A program made the position numbers and the translations under genes. DNA of 64,000 nucleotides. Origin: an uncultured delta proteobacterium (lineage in GTDB: Bacteria; Desulfobacterota; Binatia; UBA9968). Positions 10,546-20,539 of this stretch are shown here, in pieces. The notes under the pieces were generated by a model. That model was given only the letters and a program-made list of their open reading frames with translations. It ran no database searches and was not told the DNA's origin. Location of the stretch: NCBI GenBank assembly GCA_963804165.1, contig CAWDPO010000011.1:32001-96000 (forward strand), written 5' to 3'. How positions within the stretch are numbered: position 1 is the stretch's first letter; each line of letters opens with the position of its first letter.

Positions 10546-11503
10546 CTATTTTTTGCCTTTGATACCGAGCGAATCGATAATACCGGCGATGCGCTTGGTA
10601 TCTTCGTCGACGAATTTCTTATAGTCATCGCCGCTCAAAAAGATCGGCGACCAGCCGAGTTTTTCCAATGTTGTCTTCCACGCCGCCGATTCGGTCGCGC
10701 CGCGGATGATCTTGATCAGCGCATCGCGTTGCTGAGTGCTGATCCCTGGCCCACCAAAAGTACCGCGCCAATTGGACAGCTCGACATCGATAGCCTGTTC
10801 TTTGAGCGTTGGGTATCCCTCGATTTTCGACGAACTCGATACCCCGAGCGCGCGCATGCGCCCGCCTTTGATCTGCTCCGCAAATTCGCCTATACCTGAA
10901 ACACCTGCAGTCACATGGCCGCCAACGATCGCCGCGATCGCCTCGCCCCCGCCTTTAAAGGGCACGTAATTGATTTTTGCCGGATCGACGCCAGCCGCCT
11001 TGGCGATCAGACCAACGAGTATGTGATCGGTGCCGCCGGCTGAGCCGCCGCCCCAGGAAACGCCTCCAGGATTGGCTTTGAAGGCTTTGACTAAGTCGCC
11101 CATGCTTTTGTGCGGTGAACTCGACGGTACGACGATGATTTCATACTCGCCGGTGAGACGGGCAAGGGGAGTTACCATAGTTAGATTGACGGGGGAATTC
11201 TCCAAGATAGATCGCGCCGACCATGACCATGCCACCGATCATGATGGCGTTGGGATCGCCTTTCGCCGAGTTGACGAACTGGGCCAAGCCGATAGTGCCG
11301 CCGGCGCCGCCTTTGTTATCGAATTGCACCGACGAGACCAGTTTCGCGCTTTGCATCGCTGCCGCGAGATTACGCCCGGTCTGGTCCCAACCACCGCCGG
11401 GATTGGCGGGAATCATCATCTTCAGACTCGGCTGGGCGTGGACTGCGGATGCTGCCGTCAAAAATGCTATGAACAATATCAGACTGAAAAACTGCTTGCG
11501 CAT
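10546..11503 (-). CDS. tctC: TctC substrate-binding protein, frameshifted near 11203
   Basis: PANPGGGWDQTGR in ORF 11141..11503 continues as ENSPVNL...YVPFKGGGEA in ORF 10546..11235. Confidence 0.88.
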
Positions 11504-11607
11504 AGTGCCTCCTTGGATGGATTCTAATCAACTTCCACGTTCTCGGATGTATAGTAGACGATGGAAAAATTGACAAGCTTCAGTAAGTTTCAAAAACCTA
11601 TTGGGTC

Positions 11608-11643
11608 GTTCAAACAGTTCAAATCGTTCAAGCCGTTCAAATC
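11608..11643. repeat. 9-bp tandem array (GTTCAAnnC family)
   Basis: GTTCAAACA GTTCAAATC GTTCAAGCC GTTCAAATC. Confidence 0.8.
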
Positions 11644-11683
11644 GTTGTCGAAGTCGAATGACGAAACCATCCTTGCAACACCA

Positions 11684-12559
11684 TTAGCGACGTTTTATGT
11701 GACGGGTTTTCGGACCGGTGTATTTCCACAACAGATGGCGCGGTATCGGGCCTTTGTTGCGTTCGCCGGATTGGCTTTCTTCCCAGGCGTGGGCCAACAC
11801 CCCGACCGAGCGGGAAAGGACGAACAGGCCGCGGCAAAGCGGTGGCGGAAAGCCCAATTCCGCGAAAACGACACCAGTCGCGCCGTCGATGTTCATCGGA
11901 ATTTTTTTGCCCTTACGTTTCGCGAGCAGTGCCTCGATGCAACGGCCGATGGCGGCGAAGCGGCCGGAGACGTGGCCGGCAGCGGCGGCGGCATCGACGA
12001 GCTTTAATAATTTTGGCGCTCGGGGATCGACCGGATGAAAGCGGTGGCCGAAGCCGGGCACGTGACTGATGCGCTGCGCCGCTAAGGAATCCATTTCCGC
12101 CTCGACCGCTGCCTGGATCGCTTGCCCATTTTTTCCTTTGGTGCGCTTGGAATCGAGGCGGTTGGCAATGCGGTTGTAAAACACCACGCACTGCTCGCCT
12201 GCCCCGCCGTGGACGTCGCCCAGAACGTTGATCGCCGACGCCATGGCGTTGTTGATGCCGACGCCGCAGGTAATCGCCATGCGGGCTATCGCGATCGACG
12301 GCGCTTGAGGACCGTGGTCGACGGCCGCGACGAGAGCGGCTTCGAGAAGGTCTGCCTGACCGGAGCTCGGCAATTCGCCGCGAGTCAGCAACCAGACCAT
12401 TTCGGCGAAACCAACTTGCCCAATTAAATCCTCAATTGCGTAGCCGCGATAGCGGATCACGCCGGGGCGCATCTCGATGATCGAAGTGGACCACCACTGT
12501 TCAGGAGTTTTGGATACGCGGAGAGAATTTGGCTTCGGCTTCCGTAGTCTTTTATTCAT
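11684..12559 (-). CDS. Citryl-CoA lyase / citrate synthase-like protein
   Basis: DHGPQAPS, DVHGGAGE, PGFGHRFH, MNIDG. Confidence 0.88.
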   Translation of the reverse strand: MNKRLRKPKPNSLRVSKTPEQWWSTSIIEMRPGVIRYRGYAIEDLIGQVGFAEMVWLLTRGELPSSGQADLLEAALVAAVDHGPQAPSIAIARMAITCGVGINNAMASAINVLGDVHGGAGEQCVVFYNRIANRLDSKRTKGKNGQAIQAAVEAEMDSLAAQRISHVPGFGHRFHPVDPRAPKLLKLVDAAAAAGHVSGRFAAIGRCIEALLAKRKGKKIPMNIDGATGVVFAELGFPPPLCRGLFVLSRSVGVLAHAWEESQSGERNKGPIPRHLLWKYTGPKTRHIKRR

Positions 12560-13755
12560 ATGGCGTGCTGCTTTTTGAGTTCAGCAATAGCGGAGCTGTC
12601 GTAGCCGAGTTCTTCCAGGATCTTTTCCGTATCGGCGCCGAGCGCCGGCGGCGGAGTCGCAGGTTGAGGATCGCCACTCATCAAGCGGAATCCCGAACGA
12701 ACCAGCGATATCTCTCGCTCGACACTCGACGCGCTTGGGAATTTTTTAACCAGTTTGCGGCTGACGATTTGTGGGTGCTCTAGCACTTCCGGAATCGAGA
12801 GAACCTCACCGGCCGGTACGCCATGCTGATTCAATAGTGTGGACCAATCCTTGGCCGGCTTGGTTGCGAGGGCAACTTCCATCTCGGCCTTCAGTTCCTG
12901 GCGGAATTTTTTTCGGTCCTCGCGGTCAGCAAAACGCGGATCGGTGGCGAGCTCCTTTCGATCAATCAGGTGGCAAAGTTTTTCAAACTGCGCTTGCTGA
13001 TTGGCCGCGATATTGAGCAGGCCGTCGCCAGTCTTGAAAGTTCCCGAGGGACTCGCAGTCATGTTCTCATTGCCCAAAGGTTCCGGCCGCACGCCCGCGA
13101 TGAGCCAATTGGAAACCGCCCAACCCATTGTCACCAACGTTGATTCAAGCATGGATACGTCGATGAATTCGCCTTCGTTGCTGCGTTGTCGTCGAAATAG
13201 AGCTGCGGCGATGGCAAACGCTGCGGTGAGGCCGCCCATCGTGTCGGCGGCGGGAAACCCGACGCGGAGCGGCGCGGAATTTTTATCACCGGTTATGCTC
13301 ATCACGCCGGATAGACCCTGCACGATCTGGTCGTACGCCGGATTGTCTTTCAAGGGTCCACCTTGGCCGAAGCCAGAAATCGCGCAGTAGATTAGATCCG
13401 GTTTGGATTCTTTCAGCTGGTCATAACCGAGCCCCAGCCGCTCCATCACGCCCGGGCGAAAATTTTCCACGACAACGTCGGCGGTTTCGACCAGGCGCTG
13501 AAAAACTTCTTTGCCGCCGGGATTCTTGAGATTGATCGTCACCGATCTTTTGCCGGCATTCTGGGCTAGAAACGACGCACCCATCAGTTTCCGGTTCAGT
13601 TCGGCGTCGGCGCCCAGCTGGCGCGCGAGATCGCCGGTGCCGGGAACCTCAACCTTGATCACATCGGCGCCCAACTGGGCGAGTTGATAACAGCAGAAAG
13701 GTCCCGCCAACACGTTGGTGAGATCGAGCACGCGCACGCCTTCGAGCAGCTGCAT
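12556..13755 (-). CDS. CaiB/BaiF class III CoA-transferase
   Basis: LEGVRVLDLT, NAGKRS, ENFRPG, ISGFG, AYD. Confidence 0.93.
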   Translation of the reverse strand: MQLLEGVRVLDLTNVLAGPFCCYQLAQLGADVIKVEVPGTGDLARQLGADAELNRKLMGASFLAQNAGKRSVTINLKNPGGKEVFQRLVETADVVVENFRPGVMERLGLGYDQLKESKPDLIYCAISGFGQGGPLKDNPAYDQIVQGLSGVMSITGDKNSAPLRVGFPAADTMGGLTAAFAIAAALFRRQRSNEGEFIDVSMLESTLVTMGWAVSNWLIAGVRPEPLGNENMTASPSGTFKTGDGLLNIAANQQAQFEKLCHLIDRKELATDPRFADREDRKKFRQELKAEMEVALATKPAKDWSTLLNQHGVPAGEVLSIPEVLEHPQIVSRKLVKKFPSASSVEREISLVRSGFRLMSGDPQPATPPPALGADTEKILEELGYDSSAIAELKKQHAI

Positions 13756-13795
13756 GATCCCTCAATACCCCAAGGCCGGCAAAGATAAAACCGTT

Positions 13796-13866
13796 TGCAC
13801 TAAATCTGCACGAAGGTTCCGCAAAAGATTCACGAAAAGTCCATCAGGCTTGCATGAAGAGTTCCT
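13796..13866 (+). promoter_or_regulatory. 11-bp-phased direct-repeat array (cre-tag-like OmpR-family site) upstream of creD
   Basis: TGCAC/TGCAC/TCCGC/TTCAC/TCCAT/TGCAT/TTCCT starting at 13796, 13807, 13818, 13829, 13840, 13851, 13862. Confidence 0.55.
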
Positions 13867-13905
13867 AGACTGTTACCAGCGTAAAAACTTGAAAGGGGAA
13901 TTCTT

Positions 13906-15150
13906 GTGTCCAGACAGATTGCCGCGATCGTCATCATTTTTATCGGTGCCGCTATCGGCTGGTCGATTTTGGGAACCACAATCTTCACGCGAACCTACTC
14001 CTTCGACGAGTCTTTGAAGGGTCGGGTAGCATCCATATGGGGAGCGCCGCACGTACAGAAGCCACCGACAGCCACGACGACCAAAGAGATTGCCAAGAAA
14101 GTTGAAGTGAGCGAGAACGGCAAGACGGTTTTGCGCACGGAGAAAGATTACGTTGTGAAACCGCTCGAACTCGAGGGAAGCGAGATTGCGGTTGGGCTCG
14201 ATCTTGAGCATCGTCAAAAGGGACTTTTGTGGTACAGCACCTATAAAGTTGGTTTCGCCGCCGACTACCGGCTCAAGAATACGACGGACGAGGAGACCGT
14301 CGATCTTGTGGTGAATTTGCCTACCCCTCAAGCAAGCTACGATGAAGTTGTTATCACTGTGGATGGACAAGTAATTCCATTCACTAACGAGAAATCGTCG
14401 CTGCGCGGCACCGCGCGTATCTCGAAAGGGGATACCGTGGTTTTGACGGTCAGGTATCGATCCCAGGGCCTGGACAGCTGGCGTTATCACTTCGGAGGGG
14501 AAGTTGCCCAAGTCCGCAATTTCCAACTGAAGATGGTGACGAACTTCAAAGATATTGATTTTCCCGACAACACGCTGGCGCCGGCCATCAAAAAGGAAAC
14601 AGACAATGGCTGGGAGCTTACGTGGCAATCGAAAAACCTGCTCTCTGGTTTTCAGATCGGGATGATCTTGCCCGAGAAGCTGCAGCCCGGCCCGCTGGCC
14701 GGACGGATCAGCTACTTTGCTCCTGTATCCCTGCTGTTTTTCTTCTTCCTGATGTTTATCATCACCACCATGCGCAGGATCGACCTCCACCCAATGAACT
14801 ACTTCTTTTTGGCTTGCGCCTTCTTCTCATTTCATCTTTTGCTTGCTTATCTTGTCGATCACATTTCGATTCACGTTGCCTTTGTTATCTGTTCTTTAGT
14901 GTCACTCGGTTTGGTCATCAGTTACTTAAGGTTGGCGGTGGGTTTGCGCTTTGCCGCCGTTGAAGCTGGCCTGGCCCAGCTCATCTATCTTGTGTTGTTT
15001 TCCTACGCTTTCTTTTTCAAAGGATTTAGTGGTTTGGCGGTGACGATTGGATCGATCATTACTCTTTTTATAGTTATGCAGCTTACAGCGCGAATTCGCT
15101 GGTCGGAAAACTTTGCCGGTAAATCAACAGTCCAAGCACACGGCGGATGA
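13906..15150 (+). CDS. creD: CreD-family inner membrane protein
   Basis: N-terminal TM, periplasmic domain, LHPMNY..LLLAYLVDHI multi-TM C-terminus; adjacent two-component system. Confidence 0.72.
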   Translation: MSRQIAAIVIIFIGAAIGWSILGTTIFTRTYSFDESLKGRVASIWGAPHVQKPPTATTTKEIAKKVEVSENGKTVLRTEKDYVVKPLELEGSEIAVGLDLEHRQKGLLWYSTYKVGFAADYRLKNTTDEETVDLVVNLPTPQASYDEVVITVDGQVIPFTNEKSSLRGTARISKGDTVVLTVRYRSQGLDSWRYHFGGEVAQVRNFQLKMVTNFKDIDFPDNTLAPAIKKETDNGWELTWQSKNLLSGFQIGMILPEKLQPGPLAGRISYFAPVSLLFFFFLMFIITTMRRIDLHPMNYFFLACAFFSFHLLLAYLVDHISIHVAFVICSLVSLGLVISYLRLAVGLRFAAVEAGLAQLIYLVLFSYAFFFKGFSGLAVTIGSIITLFIVMQLTARIRWSENFAGKSTVQAHGG

Positions 15151-15194
15151 TTGGAGTTTCCTTTCCGAAGCGATTATCATTGGCCGTCGAATAT

Positions 15195-15887
15195 ATGCCG
15201 GACAAAATACTGGTTGTCGACGACGACGCGCATATTCGGGAAGTTGTCCAATTCGCATTGGAGAAGGCCGGCCTCGATGTGATCGAGGCCGGCGACGGTC
15301 AACGAGCTCTCGACTTGTTCGTTAGAACAAAGCCAGACTTGATCATTCTCGACATCGCCATGCCGGAAATGGACGGCCTGGCGGTATGCCGGGAAATTCG
15401 CAAGCGCTCGGAAGTCCCTATTCTTTTTTTATCGTCCCGCACGGATGAAGTGGATCGGATCGTCGGTCTTGAGATCGGCGGCGACGATTATGTAACAAAG
15501 CCGTTCAGCCCGCGCGAGCTGGTGGCGCGCGTGCAAACGATCTTGAAGCGCACGCGGGCCAAGATCGGTGATTCGTCCGAAGCGAAGGAGCTGCGGTATG
15601 GCTCGGTCAAAATGGACATACCGGGCCACACGGCATTCTGGAAAGACACCAAAGTTCCGCTCACGGCTACCGAATTCGCTCTCCTGAAACAATTTCTTGG
15701 CGCGCCCGAACGGGTGCTATCACGGGAGCAATTAATGGGTGCCGCCTATGACGCCAGGATCAATGTGAGTGATCGCACCATCGATAGCCACATCCGAAAT
15801 GTACGCGGGAAGTACGCCAAAGCCGGCTGCAAAGGGATCATCGAGACAATCCACGGGGTTGGCTACAAGTTGGGTCCATGCCGCTGA
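15195..15887 (+). CDS. OmpR-family response regulator (CreB-like)
   Basis: ILVVDDD, LDIAMP, DDYVTKPF, winged-helix RTIDSHI...GVGY. Confidence 0.93.
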   Translation: MPDKILVVDDDAHIREVVQFALEKAGLDVIEAGDGQRALDLFVRTKPDLIILDIAMPEMDGLAVCREIRKRSEVPILFLSSRTDEVDRIVGLEIGGDDYVTKPFSPRELVARVQTILKRTRAKIGDSSEAKELRYGSVKMDIPGHTAFWKDTKVPLTATEFALLKQFLGAPERVLSREQLMGAAYDARINVSDRTIDSHIRNVRGKYAKAGCKGIIETIHGVGYKLGPCR

Positions 15888-17473
15888 TCCTAAACGCGAG
15901 CACATGGCGCTTTAAACTGCGCAGCATCCTTCTAGCGGTAAGTCTTGTTGTTCTTGTCCTGCCGCTCGGAGGCATCTATTTTTTGCGTATTTATGAAAAC
16001 GAGTTGGTGAAGCAGACCGAACTCGAGCTGATTTCTCAAGCAGCGCTGATAGCGGCCGTTTACAAGCGGGAAATCGATATTTTGACGGCCGACAAAAATC
16101 CGCAGAGGTATGGGATCAAGGTAGCCGCGCCGCCGGCCGTCGACGATTACTACAGTCCCATTCGTGCCGAACTCAAGCTCGGCGCTTCGGAGATCAAACC
16201 GCGCCCGCAAGAAGCGCAAAGAACCGATGTTCGCGCCGATCCCATCGCGCTGGAATCGGGAAGCCGGATGTCGTCATTGTTGCTCGACGCGCAGCGGACG
16301 ACGTTGTCGGGTGTAAGAATCCTCGACCATCAAGGCATTGTGGTCGGCGGCCGGGCAGACATCGGACAATCCTTCGTGCATCTTGAAGAGGTTCAGCGAG
16401 CAAGATCCGGACGATATACGAGCTCGATTCGCGAGAGAACGATTCATCGTCCGACGCGCGCGTTCGCGTCTATCAGCCGAGGCACGGGAATTCGGGTCTT
16501 TGTGGCTTTTCCGATCTTGGCCGATGATCGGCTGTTGGGAGTGGTTCTTTTGTCGCGCACGCCGCAAAGCATTTTGGAACATCTCTATAATCAGAAAGAG
16601 AAAGTATTCGTACTTGCGTCTATCGTTCTGGTTCTAGCCGTCGTTCTTGTCATATTCACTTCTTATACGGTTGCGCGCCCGCTGCATGCCTTGATGCAGC
16701 AAACGAAACAGTTTGTTAAGGGGGAAAAGGAGTCGATCGAGCCACTAAAGGCGCCGGTTACGGAAGAGGTGGCTTTGCTGTCGGAGAGCTTTACGGAAAT
16801 GGCGCGCAGCTTGCAGTCCCGCGCGGAATATATTCGTAACTTCGCCGCGCAGGTGTCGCACGAGTTCAAGACGCCGCTAACGGGTATCAGAGGCGCCGTC
16901 GAATTGTTGCAGGAGCACCAGAACGACATGTCTCTCGAGCAGCGTACTCGCTTCCTGCGTAACGTTGCGCAAGACACGGACCGGCTACAACGGTTAACTG
17001 ATCGCTTGCTCGAAATGGCGCGAGCGGACGTCATCGAGCCTACGAGCGAAACGACGGAGCTTACCCCGGTCCTCCGCAATTTCGGCGAACGGTACAAGGA
17101 TCAGAACGTAACAATTTCATTCGCCGGTGCGGATCAAGCCAGGGCGGCGATCGCTCCGGAGATTTTCGAAACCGTGTTTACCAATCTACTGGATAATAGT
17201 CGGCAGAACGGAGCTACTCGAGTGGATATCGACTTGAGTCGAGACAACGGCTGCGTTCACCTCATCGTTGCCGACAACGGCACAGGGATCTCTCCGGCCA
17301 ACGCTGAGCACATATTCGACTCGTTTTTCACAACTCGCAGAAATGAGGGGGGCACCGGGCTGGGCCTGGGAATTGTCCGATCGTTACTCAAAGCTTACGA
17401 TGGCGCAATTTCGCTGGAGCCGAGCGCGAAAGGCGCGATCTTTCGCGTGATCGTTCCCGAAGCCGGCAGTTGA
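15878..17473 (+). CDS. Sensor histidine kinase (CreC-like)
   Basis: Two TM segments, HAMP, SHEFKTPL, NLLDN, DNGTG, GTGLGL. Confidence 0.92.
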   Translation: MPLILNASTWRFKLRSILLAVSLVVLVLPLGGIYFLRIYENELVKQTELELISQAALIAAVYKREIDILTADKNPQRYGIKVAAPPAVDDYYSPIRAELKLGASEIKPRPQEAQRTDVRADPIALESGSRMSSLLLDAQRTTLSGVRILDHQGIVVGGRADIGQSFVHLEEVQRARSGRYTSSIRERTIHRPTRAFASISRGTGIRVFVAFPILADDRLLGVVLLSRTPQSILEHLYNQKEKVFVLASIVLVLAVVLVIFTSYTVARPLHALMQQTKQFVKGEKESIEPLKAPVTEEVALLSESFTEMARSLQSRAEYIRNFAAQVSHEFKTPLTGIRGAVELLQEHQNDMSLEQRTRFLRNVAQDTDRLQRLTDRLLEMARADVIEPTSETTELTPVLRNFGERYKDQNVTISFAGADQARAAIAPEIFETVFTNLLDNSRQNGATRVDIDLSRDNGCVHLIVADNGTGISPANAEHIFDSFFTTRRNEGGTGLGLGIVRSLLKAYDGAISLEPSAKGAIFRVIVPEAGS

Positions 17474-19116
17474 CGTCGTTCCACTAGCGAGTGCGCAAAA
17501 TCGCCCACAGTGATTTTTTGCCCTGTCTGGGTAGCAACCTCTTTCATCTGAATGAAGACTCGCCGGAGCAGCCCTGAGTTGAAGTGGTTGTTTTCAACCT
17601 GCCCAATTTTGGTCCAGGCGTTCAAGGATCCTGTCAACTGAAGTTGACGTAACAGTTCAAAGCCGATGCTGGTTCGCGGATCGGACCGCGACCGGTCCAT
17701 CAGCTCTTCGAGCGATGCGTCGCCGGTGATCGGCAGGCCTTTGAGAAAGTTTATGATTCTCGTTGTGACGAACAGAGTGTAGATGTCATCGCGCGTAAAT
17801 TGATCCGTTTCGATCGCCAGCGCGGTCAGGCGGGCTTTGACGTAATCTTTTTCAGTCAGCTCTAACCCGCGCGCAATCGGCGCGTTCGGTGTTTGATAGA
17901 ACGGCGAGGCGCCGAGAAGCACCGGAAGACGCGCGTTGAAAGCGAGCGTCTGAATCATACTGTCCAAACTTTCGTTGGTTAAGCCGAGGATCTGATACGA
18001 AACGATTTTGAAACCGAGTTGGTGGGCTTTGTTCACGACTCTCACGTAAGCCTCGAGCGTGTGCGGCCGCTTCGTGGTTTCGCGCACGGTTTTGTCGGAC
18101 GACACCAAAGCGAGATTCAAATGAGAGAAACCCGCTTGGTGCATCAGCTCAAGCAACTCGTCGTCGAGACTTAAATAGCTGATGCCGTTCATGGCGACGT
18201 ATTCTAACTCGCGATTAGGAAAGCGGGCGATCAGCCGGCGGCAGATTTCTTTGAAAGTCTGTTTGTAATAAGTAAGGTTATCGTCTTCGAAGTCGATCAC
18301 GCGATAGCCTTGCTGATAACGCAGCTCGATTTCTTGCAGAACATTCTCCAGCGAGCGCCGCCGGTAACTCGTGCCAAAGGTCGTGTGCACCGAGCAAAAG
18401 GAACATTTATGGGGGCAACTGCGCGAGGTGATCATGAATGTCATGGCTTTGCCGGCGAGCGTGTAGTTCATTGGACAAAAATCGCTCAGATCGGGGATCG
18501 GCAAGTCGTCGATCGGAAAGTTGTCGTGAAGAGGGTTGAGGACGAATGCGCCGTCGCGCTTGTAGGCGAGATTGGGAATCGCTTCGACGGATGTCTGATT
18601 GTCGATGGCGCGCAGGAATTCAACGAACGGCTTTTCGCCTTCGCCGCGAATGACGTAATCGACATTGGCGGAAGCCAGCAAGGACTCCGGCACGGCGGAT
18701 GCGTGAGATCCGCCGATGACGACGGTGGCGTTAGTGCGCTTCTTCACGCGCGCTGCGACTTCGAGCGCTTCGCGATAATACGGCGTGAAAAGCGACGAGA
18801 TGCCGACGACATCGGGAGCGAGCTCAACGATTTCGTTTTCGATTGCGTCAAACGATTCACCGAAGTGATAGTATCGGTGAAAGGTCGAGAACGGCGATTT
18901 ATCGGCGACCTTATAGTAGTCGACCAAGTAGCCAAGCTCTTTTGGAATCGGCACGGTCCTTCGACCGCAGCCGCCGTGATAGTCTTTGATAATAACTTCA
19001 ATACTGGGCAGATGTTTTTTTACCGCCGCTTTGAGATATGCGAGCCCGATCGGCTGCAGGCGCACATCGGTGTCGTAAAAATCTTGAACCGGCGGTTGGA
19101 CGAGCAACACTTTCAA
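17395..19116 (-). CDS. B12-binding domain radical SAM protein
   Basis: VLLVQPP..QPIGLAYL, GGSHAS, GEGE, CPHKCSFC, FEDDN; start set at TTG 19116 because the ORF-track start abuts the divergent gene. Confidence 0.88.
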   Translation of the reverse strand: MKVLLVQPPVQDFYDTDVRLQPIGLAYLKAAVKKHLPSIEVIIKDYHGGCGRRTVPIPKELGYLVDYYKVADKSPFSTFHRYYHFGESFDAIENEIVELAPDVVGISSLFTPYYREALEVAARVKKRTNATVVIGGSHASAVPESLLASANVDYVIRGEGEKPFVEFLRAIDNQTSVEAIPNLAYKRDGAFVLNPLHDNFPIDDLPIPDLSDFCPMNYTLAGKAMTFMITSRSCPHKCSFCSVHTTFGTSYRRRSLENVLQEIELRYQQGYRVIDFEDDNLTYYKQTFKEICRRLIARFPNRELEYVAMNGISYLSLDDELLELMHQAGFSHLNLALVSSDKTVRETTKRPHTLEAYVRVVNKAHQLGFKIVSYQILGLTNESLDSMIQTLAFNARLPVLLGASPFYQTPNAPIARGLELTEKDYVKARLTALAIETDQFTRDDIYTLFVTTRIINFLKGLPITGDASLEELMDRSRSDPRTSIGFELLRQLQLTGSLNAWTKIGQVENNHFNSGLLRRVFIQMKEVATQTGQKITVGDFAHSLVERRQLPASGTITRKIAPFALGSSEIAPS

Positions 19117-19240
19117 ATTCGAAAGAGATTTGTGACTCGAAAAAGGATCGCTCGCCGCACTTTGCAGAAAACTTGTAACCCGATTTTCCGGAGAGTATAG
19201 TCCCGAACAGTTTTCGATTGAGTTCTTTGCAGTAGACATC

Positions 19241-20527
19241 GTGGAACTAGAGCTTTTCGATTTTCACATCGACGCGATTCAGTGGGGAGATCGAACCTCG
19301 CTTGCGGGAGGGCAACTTAGTGTCAGCCTTGCCGAGATTCAAGAGCAGATCAAGGACTTGACCAGAAATATAAAATTGACCGCTGAACTCGCCCGTCCCG
19401 GCGAATCCAAGAGAATCGTGCATGTCCTCGACACCCTGATCCCGATCAGGAAAGTTCATGACGACCTTTGCACGTTTCCCGGTATCGATGTGCCGGCGCG
19501 GCTCGTGGGAACGGGACAGACTCAGCGGCTGCGCAACGTGCTGGTTACCATCGCGGGAAGTTTTCCCCATCCGGAGGCGATGACTCCGATCGAGAAACCC
19601 CGTGAAGGTATAATCGACATGACAGGCGTCGGGGCGCGTTACTCGCATGGATCGGATTATTTTCATTTGGTTCTAACTCTCGACGGTGAACCAGCGCTTT
19701 CAAACATAGCATTTGACCAGGCGCTAAGGAACATTGGAGTGCGCATCGCCCGTTATCTTGCCGGAGCCGAAAAAAGTGGCGCGGCGCCGGAGCGAAAAAA
19801 AGTTCACCTTGCTCAAGTTCAGAAGAAGCTCCCGAAGATTGTTCTTATATACCAGGTTCAGAGCCAGATTCCTCTGGTTAGGACTTTTTACTACGGCGAA
19901 GAAATCTCGAAAACCCTTCCTTCATTCGTTCATCCGAATGAGTTCATCGATGGAGCGGTGGTGAGCGGCACCTATAAAAGCGAGCGAAAAATTCCCACTT
20001 CGCTGCATTGTGCGAACCCTTTTATCGAGGAGATGCTCAAGCGGCACGGCGGCGAGTTGGAGTTCCTCGGTGTGATTCTCTCGCGCGGATATAACGACAG
20101 CTTTGAGCAGAAAAAGAAAATGGGGCTGTGGAGCGCTCGCTTGGCCAGATGTTTGGGCGCTGACGGCGCCGTGGCGATGATGGAGGGAACCGGCAATACG
20201 ACCGTCGATTTTATGCAAACCGTCAAAGCTTGCGAAGCGGAAGGGATTAAGACCGTAGCGGTTCTGCACGAGGATAACGGCGCCAAAGGCTATGAAAGGC
20301 CGCTGGTCGATCATCCGCGCGAAGCCGACGCGATGATCAGCCGTGGCAACCGCTCCGAGAAATTGGTTCTTGCCCCACTCGACCAGGTCATCGGAGGAAA
20401 GGAGATCGACCTCCATCTTAAACTCAAACACGATCCGCATAAGCCACTGTTTTTCGACCCGACGATCTTTTTCGGTGCGCATTGTCAGATGGGAGCCAGC
20501 GGCTTTCGTGCTGCCTTTGAAAGCTGA
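19241..20527 (+). CDS. Glycine/sarcosine/betaine reductase component B alpha/beta-like subunit (GrdE/GrdI-like)
   Basis: ELARPGESKRI, GIIDMTG, HPNEFIDGAVVSG, LGADGA, EADAMIS; 428 aa. Confidence 0.85.
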   Translation: MELELFDFHIDAIQWGDRTSLAGGQLSVSLAEIQEQIKDLTRNIKLTAELARPGESKRIVHVLDTLIPIRKVHDDLCTFPGIDVPARLVGTGQTQRLRNVLVTIAGSFPHPEAMTPIEKPREGIIDMTGVGARYSHGSDYFHLVLTLDGEPALSNIAFDQALRNIGVRIARYLAGAEKSGAAPERKKVHLAQVQKKLPKIVLIYQVQSQIPLVRTFYYGEEISKTLPSFVHPNEFIDGAVVSGTYKSERKIPTSLHCANPFIEEMLKRHGGELEFLGVILSRGYNDSFEQKKKMGLWSARLARCLGADGAVAMMEGTGNTTVDFMQTVKACEAEGIKTVAVLHEDNGAKGYERPLVDHPREADAMISRGNRSEKLVLAPLDQVIGGKEIDLHLKLKHDPHKPLFFDPTIFFGAHCQMGASGFRAAFES

Positions 20528-20539
20528 GATGAAACCAAA

